Shown: positions 8,842-17,129, numbered from the stretch's first letter. The stretch: 24,000 bases of DNA from Halomarina litorea (GCF_024227715.1 NZ_CP100448.1:1609655-1633654); one strand, 5' to 3'. The notes: generated from the sequence alone by a model not told the origin. A program made the numbers and translations.

Positions 8842-9258
8842 GTGGCGGTGTCGGTGCGGGGGGAGGGGATGCGTAACGCCCTCTGTCGGGACCTGACCGG
8901 GAGTTTCGTGGGCTGTGACGCCGCTCCCACGCGCGCCACCTGCAGCTTTCACGACCGCTCGCGCGACCTCCGGGCCGGCGACGTCCTCCAGCTGGAGGTC
9001 GAACTGATGGACGGCGAGTGGATGCCGCTCTTCCATCGCTGCGCCGACCACGCCGTCGACGCCTTCCCCGAGGCGCACACCGTCTTCGGGACGCCCCAGG
9101 CGCTCGTGACGACGTACCTCGAACCGACGGGCGCGTACCTTCCGGGGACGAACGAGTTCCACCCCGACGCGCTCACCGTCGGCGAGGTCGAGGTGGTCGA
9201 CGTCTCGGCCGTCGACGAGGGCCTTCGCTCGCCGCTGTGGGACTGGATGGACGAGTAG
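8842..9258 (+). CDS. Hypothetical Cys/His-containing acidic protein
   Basis: 138 aa from the GTG at 8842 (alternative ATG at 8869, MRNALCRD). High GC3 and an acidic C-terminal half. I recognise no family. Confidence 0.6.
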   Translation: MAVSVRGEGMRNALCRDLTGSFVGCDAAPTRATCSFHDRSRDLRAGDVLQLEVELMDGEWMPLFHRCADHAVDAFPEAHTVFGTPQALVTTYLEPTGAYLPGTNEFHPDALTVGEVEVVDVSAVDEGLRSPLWDWMDE

Positions 9259-9267
9259 GGGGTCGAA

Positions 9268-10020
9268 TCAGAGGAACGTCTGCTCGTGGAGCGACCCGGC
9301 GACGTCGTCCATGAGCGTCCGGAGATTGACGGTGTCCGCGCGGTTGTAATCGACGAGCGTCTCCAGCGAGTCCGTCGAACCACGCTCGTACTCCCGCCAG
9401 AGGCGCACCGCGTCGCGCCCGGAGATGTCCGGTCGGTCGCGCTCGATGCCGACGTCCTTCTCGATCTGCTTCAGGCCGCCCGACAACCCCAGTTGCTTGC
9501 AGGGGTACATGAGGTCGATGTGGGGGGCGTCGAGCGTGCACTCGAAGGTCGCTTCGAGGAAGGGGACGTCGAAGCGCTTGCCGTTGAACGTCACGAGCAG
9601 GGGGGCGTCGCCCAGCGCCGACAGGACCGCCTCGCGGGTGAGCGGTTCGCCGACGACCGGGTCGGGGTCGTTGACGAACGTGCGCGTCTCGCCGTCGCGG
9701 TGGAGGCTCACCGTCGTCACGTCGTCGCGGTAGTGTGAGAGGCCGGTCGTCTCGATGTCGAAGAAGCAGGCGTCCTCGCGGAAGTTCTCGTACAGTCGCC
9801 ACTGCTGGCCGGAGGGGAACGCCTCGTCGAAGTAGCGTACGTCGCCCGCCGCGAGGCGCTCTCGCCCCTCGCTGATGAACGACTCGATGCGCTCGCCCGT
9901 CTTCTCCCCCACGGCGCTCGGGTCGAAGTCGTCCCAGTGGGTGATGCCTCGCTCCCAGAGGTTCCGTTCGGTCGCCTCCCCGACGCCCCTGACGGGGATG
10001 AAACTGTTCTCGATTCGCAC
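9268..10020 (-). CDS. RNase H-like (YprB/DEDDy-type 3'-5' exonuclease fold) domain protein
   Basis: 250 aa. Exo motifs are present: FFDIETTGL (I), TFNGKRFDVPFL (II) and YNRADTVNL (III). There is an N-terminal helix-hairpin-helix-like segment (IPVRGVGEATERNLWERGI). It uses a GTG start at 10020, with an in-frame stop 9 codons upstream. Confidence 0.85.
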   Translation of the reverse strand: MRIENSFIPVRGVGEATERNLWERGITHWDDFDPSAVGEKTGERIESFISEGRERLAAGDVRYFDEAFPSGQQWRLYENFREDACFFDIETTGLSHYRDDVTTVSLHRDGETRTFVNDPDPVVGEPLTREAVLSALGDAPLLVTFNGKRFDVPFLEATFECTLDAPHIDLMYPCKQLGLSGGLKQIEKDVGIERDRPDISGRDAVRLWREYERGSTDSLETLVDYNRADTVNLRTLMDDVAGSLHEQTFL

Positions 10021-10041
10021 AAGCCGTCTGGGGCACCGCCG

Positions 10042-10049
10042 TATCTAAA
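10042..10049 (-). promoter_or_regulatory. TATA box (minus-strand TTTAGATA) for the RNase H-like gene
   Basis: Centred about 26 nt upstream of the GTG start at 10020, consistent with a leaderless transcript. Confidence 0.4.
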
Positions 10050-10344
10050 CCCTGCGATGGAACGGGGTTTCGGGGGTCGAAGAGTTCGTCCCCGACGCCG
10101 TTCGAGGACGACTGGCACGTCGCGGCGACCACGCGACTCGCGGGTCGCCTCCCGCCCTGCGACCTACCACTTCCGTGGTGACGACTGCCTGCGGGCGTGG
10201 CTGTCGCCGTGCGAGTGAAGGTTCAAGTACGATAGAGGGGCCATCACCGGCGTGTCCTGACCGGGACCGCCGGGCGTCTGCGGGTGTGCGACGCACCGTC
10301 CGGCGGGCGGTGCGCGCGTCGCCTGTTCGCCCCGGAGAGCGACG

Positions 10345-11019
10345 CTACTCCTGTGGAACCTCGGCCTCTGCCCCGACGCTGATGAGGCGGGCCACCTCGG
10401 CCGGGAGGCTCTGTTCGCCCGCCGGCCCGGCGACGGTGACCATTCCGAACGGCGCGACTTCGAGTATCTCGATGGTCACGCCGGGTTCGATGCCCGACTT
10501 CCCGAGGTAGCGCAGTTCCTCGTCCGTCCGGTGGCGGACGCGCTGGACGACGACGCGGTCGCCCTCCTCGCACTCGTCCAGCCGTCGCCCCGGCACCGCC
10601 TCCGGCGCGGAGAGGTCCGCGCGGGGGATGGGGTCGCCGTGGGGGTCCACCGTCGGGTCGCCGAGCACCTCGGCGATGCGCTCCTCGAAGCGCTCGCTGA
10701 TGTGGTGTTCGAGGCGGTCGGCCTCCTCGTGGACGTCCGTCCAGTCGTAGTCCAGCGCCTCGGCCAGGTACGCCTCGATGAGCCGGTGGTGTCTGAGCAC
10801 CTCGATGGCGACCGTCTCGCCCTCGGGCGTCAACTCGACGCCACGGTACTTCTCGCGTTCGACCAAGCCGCGTTCGCCGAGTTTGTCCAGCATGCTCGTG
10901 ACCGTCGGCGAGGTGACGCCGAGGCGTTCCGCGATGGCCGACGTGGAGACTCGTTCGCCCGTCTCCTGCTGGAGGATGTAGATCGTCTTGAGGTAGTCCT
11001 CCATCACGGCGCTGAGCAT
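10345..11019 (-). CDS. Metal-dependent transcriptional regulator, DtxR/SirR/MntR family with a C-terminal FeoA/SH3-like domain
   Basis: 224 aa. It has a wHTH (STSAIAERLGVTSPTVTSMLDKL), metal-site and dimerisation region (RHHRLIEAYL, DVHEEADRLEHHIS), and a C-terminal FeoA-like segment (GDRVVVQRV...GIEPGVTIEILEV). The ATG at 11019 is preferred over the TTG at 11034. Confidence 0.9.
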   Translation of the reverse strand: MLSAVMEDYLKTIYILQQETGERVSTSAIAERLGVTSPTVTSMLDKLGERGLVEREKYRGVELTPEGETVAIEVLRHHRLIEAYLAEALDYDWTDVHEEADRLEHHISERFEERIAEVLGDPTVDPHGDPIPRADLSAPEAVPGRRLDECEEGDRVVVQRVRHRTDEELRYLGKSGIEPGVTIEILEVAPFGMVTVAGPAGEQSLPAEVARLISVGAEAEVPQE

Positions 11020-11040
11020 GTCCGAACGAAGCAAGTCGCG

Positions 11041-11050
11041 GGATAAAACG
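11041..11050 (-). promoter_or_regulatory. TATA box (minus-strand CGTTTTATCC) for the DtxR-family regulator
   Basis: Centred about 27 nt upstream of the ATG at 11019. This implies the regulator has its own promoter, separate from the upstream aglB-DUF368 pair. Confidence 0.4.
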
Positions 11051-11094
11051 GTTCCCCCTTCCCGGTTCGGGCGGGGGTCGGTGGGTCCGCGTGG

Positions 11095-12066
11095 TTACTT
11101 GACGGTCGGCGCAGGCCGCTCGTCGGGTTCGCCGTCGAGGTCGATGTCGCCGGTCACGTGGTCGATGCCGACGACGAGAGCGGCACCGACGACGGCGGCG
11201 CCGAGGATGGCGGCGCTGGTTCCCGCCGACCACGTCTCGACGTTCGTGAGCACCTGCTCCGCCGGGTAGCGCAGCGCCCCGACCATCAGTGCGACGAGGA
11301 AGGTGAGCGTCGCCTCCCGGTAGTGCCGGAGCGCGTACTTCACGGCGTGGGCGATAGAGAACAGGCCGACCATCGCCCCGAGAACGAACACGACGACGAC
11401 GGTGCCGGGTTCGATCAGCGCGCCCACGTCGGTCCCCCCGGCGACGCCGAGGAGCGTGTCGACGAACCCCGAGAGCGTCTCGGTCAGGAAGAGGTACTGC
11501 CCGAGCAACAGGAGGATGAGCGCCCCCGAGATGCCGGGCAGAATCATCGCGCAGATGGCGATGGCACCGGCGAGGCCGACGACGGGGAGGGTGTGCGGGA
11601 GCGCCCCCGACACCTCCCCCGCGAGTACGAACGCGAGGCCGAACCCCGCGATACCGGCGGCGAGGCGCGACGGCCCGTCGACCGACACCTCGTCGCGGAG
11701 GATGACGGCGCTCGCCGCGATGAGGCCGAAGAAGAACGCGAACAGGAGCGCCGGGGCCGTCTCCTCGGCGTAGTGGACCGCCCGCGAGACGGTGATGAGG
11801 GCGGTGACGATGCCGAACCCGAGCGCCATCAGGAACGGCACGTCCATCGCCACGAGTCGCTCGCGGAGGCGGGCGCGCCCGGATGCGCTGGCGACGCCGG
11901 GCAGGAGCGCGATGGCCGTCGGGTCGAGTTCCGTGATGGCCGTGATGAGTCGCTCGTAGATGCCCGTGATGAGGGCGATGGTACCCCCGGAGACGCCGGG
12001 CACGGCGTCGGCCGCACCCATGGCGATGCCCTTCAGGTAGACGCCGACGAGTTCACGTCCGGCCAT
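11095..12066 (-). CDS. DUF368 family membrane protein (PopT-type polyprenyl-phosphate transporter family)
   Basis: 323 aa. It has the hallmark N-terminal motif GIAMGAADAVPGVSGGTIALITGIYERLI and an internal repeat (ILPGISGALILLLLGQY), and is polytopic. Its ATG (12066-12064) is 1 nt from the aglB stop codon (12070-12068). Confidence 0.9.
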   Translation of the reverse strand: MAGRELVGVYLKGIAMGAADAVPGVSGGTIALITGIYERLITAITELDPTAIALLPGVASASGRARLRERLVAMDVPFLMALGFGIVTALITVSRAVHYAEETAPALLFAFFFGLIAASAVILRDEVSVDGPSRLAAGIAGFGLAFVLAGEVSGALPHTLPVVGLAGAIAICAMILPGISGALILLLLGQYLFLTETLSGFVDTLLGVAGGTDVGALIEPGTVVVVFVLGAMVGLFSIAHAVKYALRHYREATLTFLVALMVGALRYPAEQVLTNVETWSAGTSAAILGAAVVGAALVVGIDHVTGDIDLDGEPDERPAPTVK

Positions 12067-12067
12067 C

Positions 12068-15000
12068 TCAGGCCGCCCCGGCGCGGAGTGTCGACTGCGT
12101 CACCGGGCCGACGAGCGCGGACGCGTTGGCCTCGGACGCGTTCCCGGACTCGTTCGAACCGTTCCCACCGGTCGACCCGTTCGAGGCGTTCCCGCCCGCG
12201 TCGGAGCCGTTCTCCGCGGCGTCCGGCGACTCGGTGGTGTTGCCGGGGTCGGCGGGCGCGTCGGTGCCGTTCGTCCCGTTGCTGGCGTTCGCGCCGTCCG
12301 GTTCGATAACCTCGGACTGTTCGAGGGTCACCTCGATGGGGCCCTCGCGCTCGCCGACGACGTTCGCCTCGTTCACGTCGGCCGTCGCGTTGTACACCGT
12401 CGTGGTGAGGTTCTCGCTCTGCGTGGCGGCGCGGAACTCGTAGGGGCCGGCCGCGCGGACGCTCACGTTCGTGTAGCCCTCCTCGGTCCCCCACTCGTCG
12501 TACCCGGTCGTCGAGTACGGCAGAGTCATCGTGAACTGCCCCTGTGCGTCGGTCTGGGCCTGCTGGACGTAGGTGAAGTTCTGCCCCGGCCCCGGAATCC
12601 GCAGCTGCACGCGAGCCGTGACCGTCGTGTTCGCGGGGCCGGTCCCCTCGACGGTCGCTCCGTCGACGCGCTCGAAGGTCTTGACCCACTGACCGACACC
12701 GCCCGCGGTGGCGTCACTCGCGTGGACCAGCCGGTAGTGTTCGAGCGCCTCGACCTGCTCGGCGGGGATGCCGGGGAGGCCGCCGATCTGCGAGGTGGAG
12801 TCGTTCTGGACGTACTCCTCGGCCGCGGCGAGACTGTCGAAGGTCTTGTACACCTGCCCGTCGGACGGGACCGCGGCCAGCGGTTGGGTCGTCTGGCTCC
12901 CGACCGTGAACTGTCGGGTCTCCCAGTCGACGACCAGCACCTTCCCGTTGGGGAGGGTGGGGCCGGCAGCGCTCCCGTGGAATCGGTAGAGCCTGACGCG
13001 CATGCTCTCGTAGTGATCCTGACTGCGGACGAGTTGGGCAGTCCGCGGGGCCTCGGTCGTGGACCGCTGCGTGTAGATTCGGGCGCTGAGCAGGTCGGCG
13101 GAGCTGACGCCGATGGTGTCGAAACTCGCCGGCGCGGTGTACTTACCCGAGCGCGGGTCCGCGAGCTTCCAGTCGACCATCACGTAGCGGCTGGACCCGT
13201 TGTCCACGGTCATGTACTCGTTCGCCTGACTCTCGTTCTGGCCGAGCAGGAAGTTCGCCGCACGGGTCGCCCCCTGCTGGAACGGGTTGGCGTCGGGGAT
13301 GCGCTGGCCCTCGACGGTGATGAAGTGCCCGTAGTCCCACCACGCCATGACCCCGTAGGCTCCCTCGGGGTAGTCGTAGTCGTCGGTCTGTCCGAAGTTC
13401 TCGTAGTACGGCATCGCCTCGCCGTCGGGGTTGGCGTACTGGCCTTCCTTCGGCGTGTTCTCCGAGAGCCACTGCAGGCTGCCCTGCCACGCGGTGACCT
13501 CGCCGGGACCGTTGTTCTCCGCGCGTTCGACGGACTGGAGGGATATCGCGCCGGGTTCGACGCCGCCGGACTGCGGGAACAGCGGGCCGGTGACGGCCAC
13601 GAACGGGGCGAAGACGATGAGGACGATGACTGCGATGGTCATCACCTGCGAGGCGTCGAGGTCCGAGAGGCTCCCGACGGTGTCGAGGTCCGCGAGGGCG
13701 ACGACCTGTGCGACGACGTACGCCGTCAGCGCCCCCACCGGGACGGCGAGGTAGTAGCCAAAGCGGTTCTGGGTGAGCGTCGCGAGCACCATCATCGCCC
13801 CCCAGAGGACGAGCAGGAGGGCCTCACCGCGCGGGTCGTCGTCGAGCAGGTAGCGCCCGAGGAGGACGAGGCCGCCGACGACGGCCGCGAAGAACGCCAG
13901 CCCGTAGGAGCCGAAGAAGTACGAACTGGCCCGTCCGAGCGGGATGGGCTGGGCCTCGTTGACCGTCCGGACCTTCGCGTTGGCGTCCAGCCCGTAGATG
14001 CGGAGGGACTGGTCGACGAAGAACGAGAACGTGTCGGGCAGGACGACGGCGAACAGGAGCGTCCCGAGGGCGATGGCCCCGAGGATGCCCCCGACGTAGA
14101 CGGTGGTCGCGTCGTCGCGCCCCTCGACTCGCCGGGCGAGTGCGGCCATGACGGCCAGTCCGCCGGCCAGCAGGACGAACAGCGTCGGCTGGAGCAACGA
14201 GAAGTCGGTCGCGGTGAACTCGAACTTGGTGATGCGGACCGCAGAGAACACCCCCGCGACGAGGAACATGACGACGCCGACGATGGCGACGTGTTCCGGG
14301 CTGTGGCCCTTGAGGAACGTGACGATGAGGTGGGCGAGGAAGAACAGTCCGAGGACGGAGACGACGAAGATGCCGGGCGGCCACACCCAGATGTAGAGCG
14401 CGATGGCGACGCCCGCGAGGGCCGCGAAGCCGAGCGGCCGGCGGAGCGTCGAGAACTCGCGGGACGAGAGCTGTTCGAAGACGGGTTTCTCGCGCTCGGC
14501 GGCGGTGACCGCGACCATCACGCCGAGCATCGCGAGGACCTGGAAGAACACCTCCGCAATGTGGTGGTCCGACCAGCCGACCAGCCCCCGGAAGAGGAAC
14601 GCACCGGGGGTCAGCGCGAGGACGGTGACGGCGACGACGCCGCCCGCGCGGCCCCCGAAGCGCTTGGCGAGGAAGTAGGCGGGGACGGCGACGAGGGTGC
14701 CGAAGACGGCGGGGGCGAACAGGAGCGCGAACGCCGTCGCCTGCTCCTGGGGCATGACGAGACCGAGGACGAGGGCTACCGTGGCGATCAACTGGTCGAA
14801 CAGCGTCCCGAACTGCCCCGGGGCGGTCCCGTACGGGAAGAACGTCCACGGATCGAAGTTCATCGTGAACGGCCAGTTGCTCACCGTGAAACTCGTCTGG
14901 CGGAAGTGGTACCAGGCGTCGTTCCCGCTGAAGAGGATGTCGCCCCCTCTGGTGTAGTTCTCCCACGTTCTCACACGGTTCCACAACATGAAGACGAACA

Positions 15001-15100
15001 GGAGCGCGAGCAGCGGGACGTGATACCACTCGCGGGCCCGGTCGAGGAGGGCGTCCGTGTCGAACGCCAACCGGTCCTCCCGCTCCGTCGGTTGACTCAT
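12068..15100 (-). CDS. aglB: Archaeal oligosaccharyltransferase AglB (STT3 family)
   Basis: About 1010 aa. It has a multi-TM N-terminal half with an SGNDAWYHF loop motif. The catalytic WWDYG motif (VMAWWDYGHF) is encoded at 13328-13342. A large soluble C-terminal domain follows. I trimmed the start from 15127 to the ATG at 15100 (MSQPTEREDRLAFDTD) because 15125-15127 lies inside the putative TATA element. Confidence 0.95.
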   Translation of the reverse strand: MSQPTEREDRLAFDTDALLDRAREWYHVPLLALLFVFMLWNRVRTWENYTRGGDILFSGNDAWYHFRQTSFTVSNWPFTMNFDPWTFFPYGTAPGQFGTLFDQLIATVALVLGLVMPQEQATAFALLFAPAVFGTLVAVPAYFLAKRFGGRAGGVVAVTVLALTPGAFLFRGLVGWSDHHIAEVFFQVLAMLGVMVAVTAAEREKPVFEQLSSREFSTLRRPLGFAALAGVAIALYIWVWPPGIFVVSVLGLFFLAHLIVTFLKGHSPEHVAIVGVVMFLVAGVFSAVRITKFEFTATDFSLLQPTLFVLLAGGLAVMAALARRVEGRDDATTVYVGGILGAIALGTLLFAVVLPDTFSFFVDQSLRIYGLDANAKVRTVNEAQPIPLGRASSYFFGSYGLAFFAAVVGGLVLLGRYLLDDDPRGEALLLVLWGAMMVLATLTQNRFGYYLAVPVGALTAYVVAQVVALADLDTVGSLSDLDASQVMTIAVIVLIVFAPFVAVTGPLFPQSGGVEPGAISLQSVERAENNGPGEVTAWQGSLQWLSENTPKEGQYANPDGEAMPYYENFGQTDDYDYPEGAYGVMAWWDYGHFITVEGQRIPDANPFQQGATRAANFLLGQNESQANEYMTVDNGSSRYVMVDWKLADPRSGKYTAPASFDTIGVSSADLLSARIYTQRSTTEAPRTAQLVRSQDHYESMRVRLYRFHGSAAGPTLPNGKVLVVDWETRQFTVGSQTTQPLAAVPSDGQVYKTFDSLAAAEEYVQNDSTSQIGGLPGIPAEQVEALEHYRLVHASDATAGGVGQWVKTFERVDGATVEGTGPANTTVTARVQLRIPGPGQNFTYVQQAQTDAQGQFTMTLPYSTTGYDEWGTEEGYTNVSVRAAGPYEFRAATQSENLTTTVYNATADVNEANVVGEREGPIEVTLEQSEVIEPDGANASNGTNGTDAPADPGNTTESPDAAENGSDAGGNASNGSTGGNGSNESGNASEANASALVGPVTQSTLRAGAA

Positions 15101-15124
15101 TGGTGGGAGAAGCCGCAAAACGCG

Positions 15125-15135
15125 CATAAGCCTTT
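15125..15135 (-). promoter_or_regulatory. Candidate TATA-like element (minus-strand AAAGGCTTATG) for aglB
   Basis: About 28 nt upstream of the ATG at 15100 in the 120-nt divergent intergenic region. A CTTAACC element at 15193-15199 sits about 25 nt upstream of the divergent GT2 ATG at 15221. Confidence 0.3.
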
Positions 15136-15220
15136 TGACCTCGTGTCACCGGAAAAAAGCGCCCCGGGCACCGACGAGCGAAGAGAAAGCGGCTTAACCT
15201 CGGCTGTAAACTGCCGGAGT

Positions 15221-16162
15221 ATGCGCGTCTCGGTCGTCGTCTGCACTCACACCACCGACCGCTACCCGGACCTCCGCGAGGCCGTCGAGAGCGTCCTCGC
15301 GAACACCTACGAGGACCGTGAGGTGGTCGTCGTCAGCGACGGGAGCGAGGCGGTGTACGACCGGGCAGTGGCGGACTTCGGCGACCACCCGGATGTCCGC
15401 GTCCACCTCCAGCCGGAGAACCGGGGGTTGCTCGCGGTGCGAAACACCGGTGCGCGCGTCGCCGAGGGGGACGTGGTCGCGTTCCTCGACGACGACGCCA
15501 TCGCGGAGGACCGCTGGCTGGTCGAACTCGTCGCGGCCTACGACGAGGGCGACGCTCGCGCCGACGACGGCCGGGTGCTCGCGGCCGGTGGCCGGGTCGT
15601 CCCCGCGTGGGTCGCCGGCGAACCCGCCTTCCTCCCCGAGGAGTTCCACTGGCTTATCGGCGTCACCCACCGGGGGTTCGCCGACGGCCCCGGCGAGGTC
15701 CGGAACACGAACGGCTCGAACATCTCGTTTCGCGCCGACGTCTTCGAGGAACTGGGCGGGTTCGACACCGACGTCGGCGGACGGAAGGGCGACAACCACC
15801 TGCAGGGCGGCGAGACGGAACTCTGTGCCCGCCTGCGCGAGGAGTTCGGCGTCGGCGTCCAGTACAACCCCGCGGCCCGCGTGGCCCACAAGATATTCGA
15901 CTACCGCACGGACCCCCGCTGGCTCGTCGAACGGGCGTTCTGGCAGGGGTACTCGAAACGCGGGATGGAGAAGTTCGTTCCCGAGTCGACCGGCGAGGAG
16001 GAGGAGTTCCTCGGCGACCTGCTGTTGCGGTTCGTCCCGGACCGCGTGCGTGGACTCCTCCTCGGTCCCTCACTGGCCTCGTTTCTCCAGTTGGTGTTCC
16101 TGTTCGTCCTCACGGGGGCGGTGGGGGCGGGCTACCTCTACGGCATCGTCAAGTGGCGCTGA
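15221..16162 (+). CDS. GT2-family glycosyltransferase, AglG-like (dolichyl-phosphate-linked glycan elongation)
   Basis: 313 aa (MRVSVVVCTHTTDRYPDLREAVESVLANTYEDREVVVVSDGS...). It has a DxD motif (AFLDDDA) and a C-terminal TM helix (FLQLVFLFVLTGAVGAGYLYGIV). It is divergent from aglB, in the position aglG occupies in Haloferax volcanii as I recall it. It is the only real part of the 1146-aa ORF-track entry 12722..16162. Confidence 0.85.
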   Translation: MRVSVVVCTHTTDRYPDLREAVESVLANTYEDREVVVVSDGSEAVYDRAVADFGDHPDVRVHLQPENRGLLAVRNTGARVAEGDVVAFLDDDAIAEDRWLVELVAAYDEGDARADDGRVLAAGGRVVPAWVAGEPAFLPEEFHWLIGVTHRGFADGPGEVRNTNGSNISFRADVFEELGGFDTDVGGRKGDNHLQGGETELCARLREEFGVGVQYNPAARVAHKIFDYRTDPRWLVERAFWQGYSKRGMEKFVPESTGEEEEFLGDLLLRFVPDRVRGLLLGPSLASFLQLVFLFVLTGAVGAGYLYGIVKWR

Positions 16163-16171
16163 GGGGTCGGG

Positions 16172-17017
16172 TCAGTCGAGGGCCGCGGGCGCGTCGCTCT
16201 CGTACTCCCAGACTAAATCGAAGTAGCGGTTGAGCCCCGCGACGAACGCCCCGTTTTCGGTGATTGCCGCCTGTCGCATGTAGTTGGGCACGTCGTCCTC
16301 CTGAACCAGCAGGATGGCCTCGCCGGTGTCGTAGGCCATGCTCGGGTCGGCGAGCGTCCCGCGCCACGGCAGGGCGTTCGTGGAGTAGCGGATACCGACC
16401 TCGGGGTACGCCGCCCGGAGGTGGTCGACCACGTCCCGCTGGCGTTCGCGGTTCTCCGGGTCCAGCGTGTCCGGGTGGAGCAAGAGCGCCCGGAGGTCGA
16501 TGCCTCGGTCGACGGCGTCCGCGACGGCGGGTTCGACCGTCTCGAAGTACTCGAAGGCCTTCGTGAGCACGCGCACGCGCTCGTCGGCCTCGTGGTAGAT
16601 GCGCCGGGTCTCGCGCTCGCTCGGTTCGCCCACGTCGACGACGTAGAACAGTTCCTCGGCGGCGGTGATGTCCTCGCCCGCGCGCTCGAAGCGAGGGCCG
16701 AACTCCGCGAGGAACGACTCCCGTTCGGCCTCGATGTCGCCGACGAACGCCTCGTAGTCCTGCCGGCGGTTCTCCTCCGCGCGGTCGAGAATCTCCTCGG
16801 GAGGGTGTGGCTGGTAGTGCTTCGGTCGGCCGGGGATGACCTTCACGTACCCCTCGTCGGCCAGCGAGTCGAGGACGCCGTAGACGCGGGCCTTCGGGAT
16901 GCCCGCCGCCTCGGCGAGGGTGGGTGCGGTCGTGCGACCGAGCGAGAGCAGTTCGGTGAGGGCCGTCCGCTCGTACTCGGTGAGACCGAGTCGCTCGAAC
17001 ACGTCCGTCTCGCTCAT
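16172..17017 (-). CDS. TrmB-family transcriptional regulator
   Basis: 281 aa. It has the N-terminal TrmB wHTH (FERLGLTEYERTALTELLSLGRTTAPTLAEAAGIPKARVYGVLDSLADEGYV) and a C-terminal TrmB-type effector domain region. It is convergent with the GT2 gene, with a 9-nt gap. Confidence 0.9.
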   Translation of the reverse strand: MSETDVFERLGLTEYERTALTELLSLGRTTAPTLAEAAGIPKARVYGVLDSLADEGYVKVIPGRPKHYQPHPPEEILDRAEENRRQDYEAFVGDIEAERESFLAEFGPRFERAGEDITAAEELFYVVDVGEPSERETRRIYHEADERVRVLTKAFEYFETVEPAVADAVDRGIDLRALLLHPDTLDPENRERQRDVVDHLRAAYPEVGIRYSTNALPWRGTLADPSMAYDTGEAILLVQEDDVPNYMRQAAITENGAFVAGLNRYFDLVWEYESDAPAALD

Positions 17018-17110
17018 ACCCCCTCTGCCCCGCCGCCGGCCGTAAATCCGCCGGTGTCGTCGGCGTGATGCGTACCACTACTGCCCGCGAAGCGACGGCG
17101 GGCCGGAACG

Positions 17111-17118
17111 ATTAATAG
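17111..17118 (+). promoter_or_regulatory. TATA box (ATTAATAG) upstream of the palindrome and micro-ORF
   Basis: The only strong AT-rich box in the 17018-17152 intergenic region. The predicted TSS (about 17138-17146) falls inside the inverted repeat. Confidence 0.4.
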
Positions 17119-17129
17119 GATTCGATGAG

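Noticed and set aside
10215-10240. A GGTTCAAGT segment resembling a tRNA T-loop in the 324-nt gap.
   Set aside because: No flanking T-stem complementarity, acceptor stem or anticodon arm can be drawn. I could not support any tRNA or rRNA anywhere in the window.
12100-12300. A quasi-repetitive DNA tract (CCGTT/CGTTC-rich) that looks like a tandem repeat.
   Set aside because: It is not a CRISPR array or a non-coding repeat. It is in frame with aglB and encodes the Asn/Gly/Ser-rich sequon tail. The units are irregular with no spacer-repeat periodicity.
12722-15220. The N-terminal 833 codons of the 1146-aa plus-strand ORF 12722..16162, antisense to aglB.
   Set aside because: Only the last 313 codons (from the ATG at 15221, downstream of a TATA-like element) encode a recognisable GT2 protein. 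The upstream part is an open antisense frame of aglB with Arg/Asp/Gly-rich composition and no family features.
16975-16991. A perfect 7-bp inverted repeat ACTCGGT-GAG-ACCGAGT near the 5' end of the TrmB-family gene.
   Set aside because: It lies inside the coding sequence (codons for LGLTEYE) with a 3-nt spacer. It is most likely coincidental or dictated by the coding sequence. It has no promoter context.
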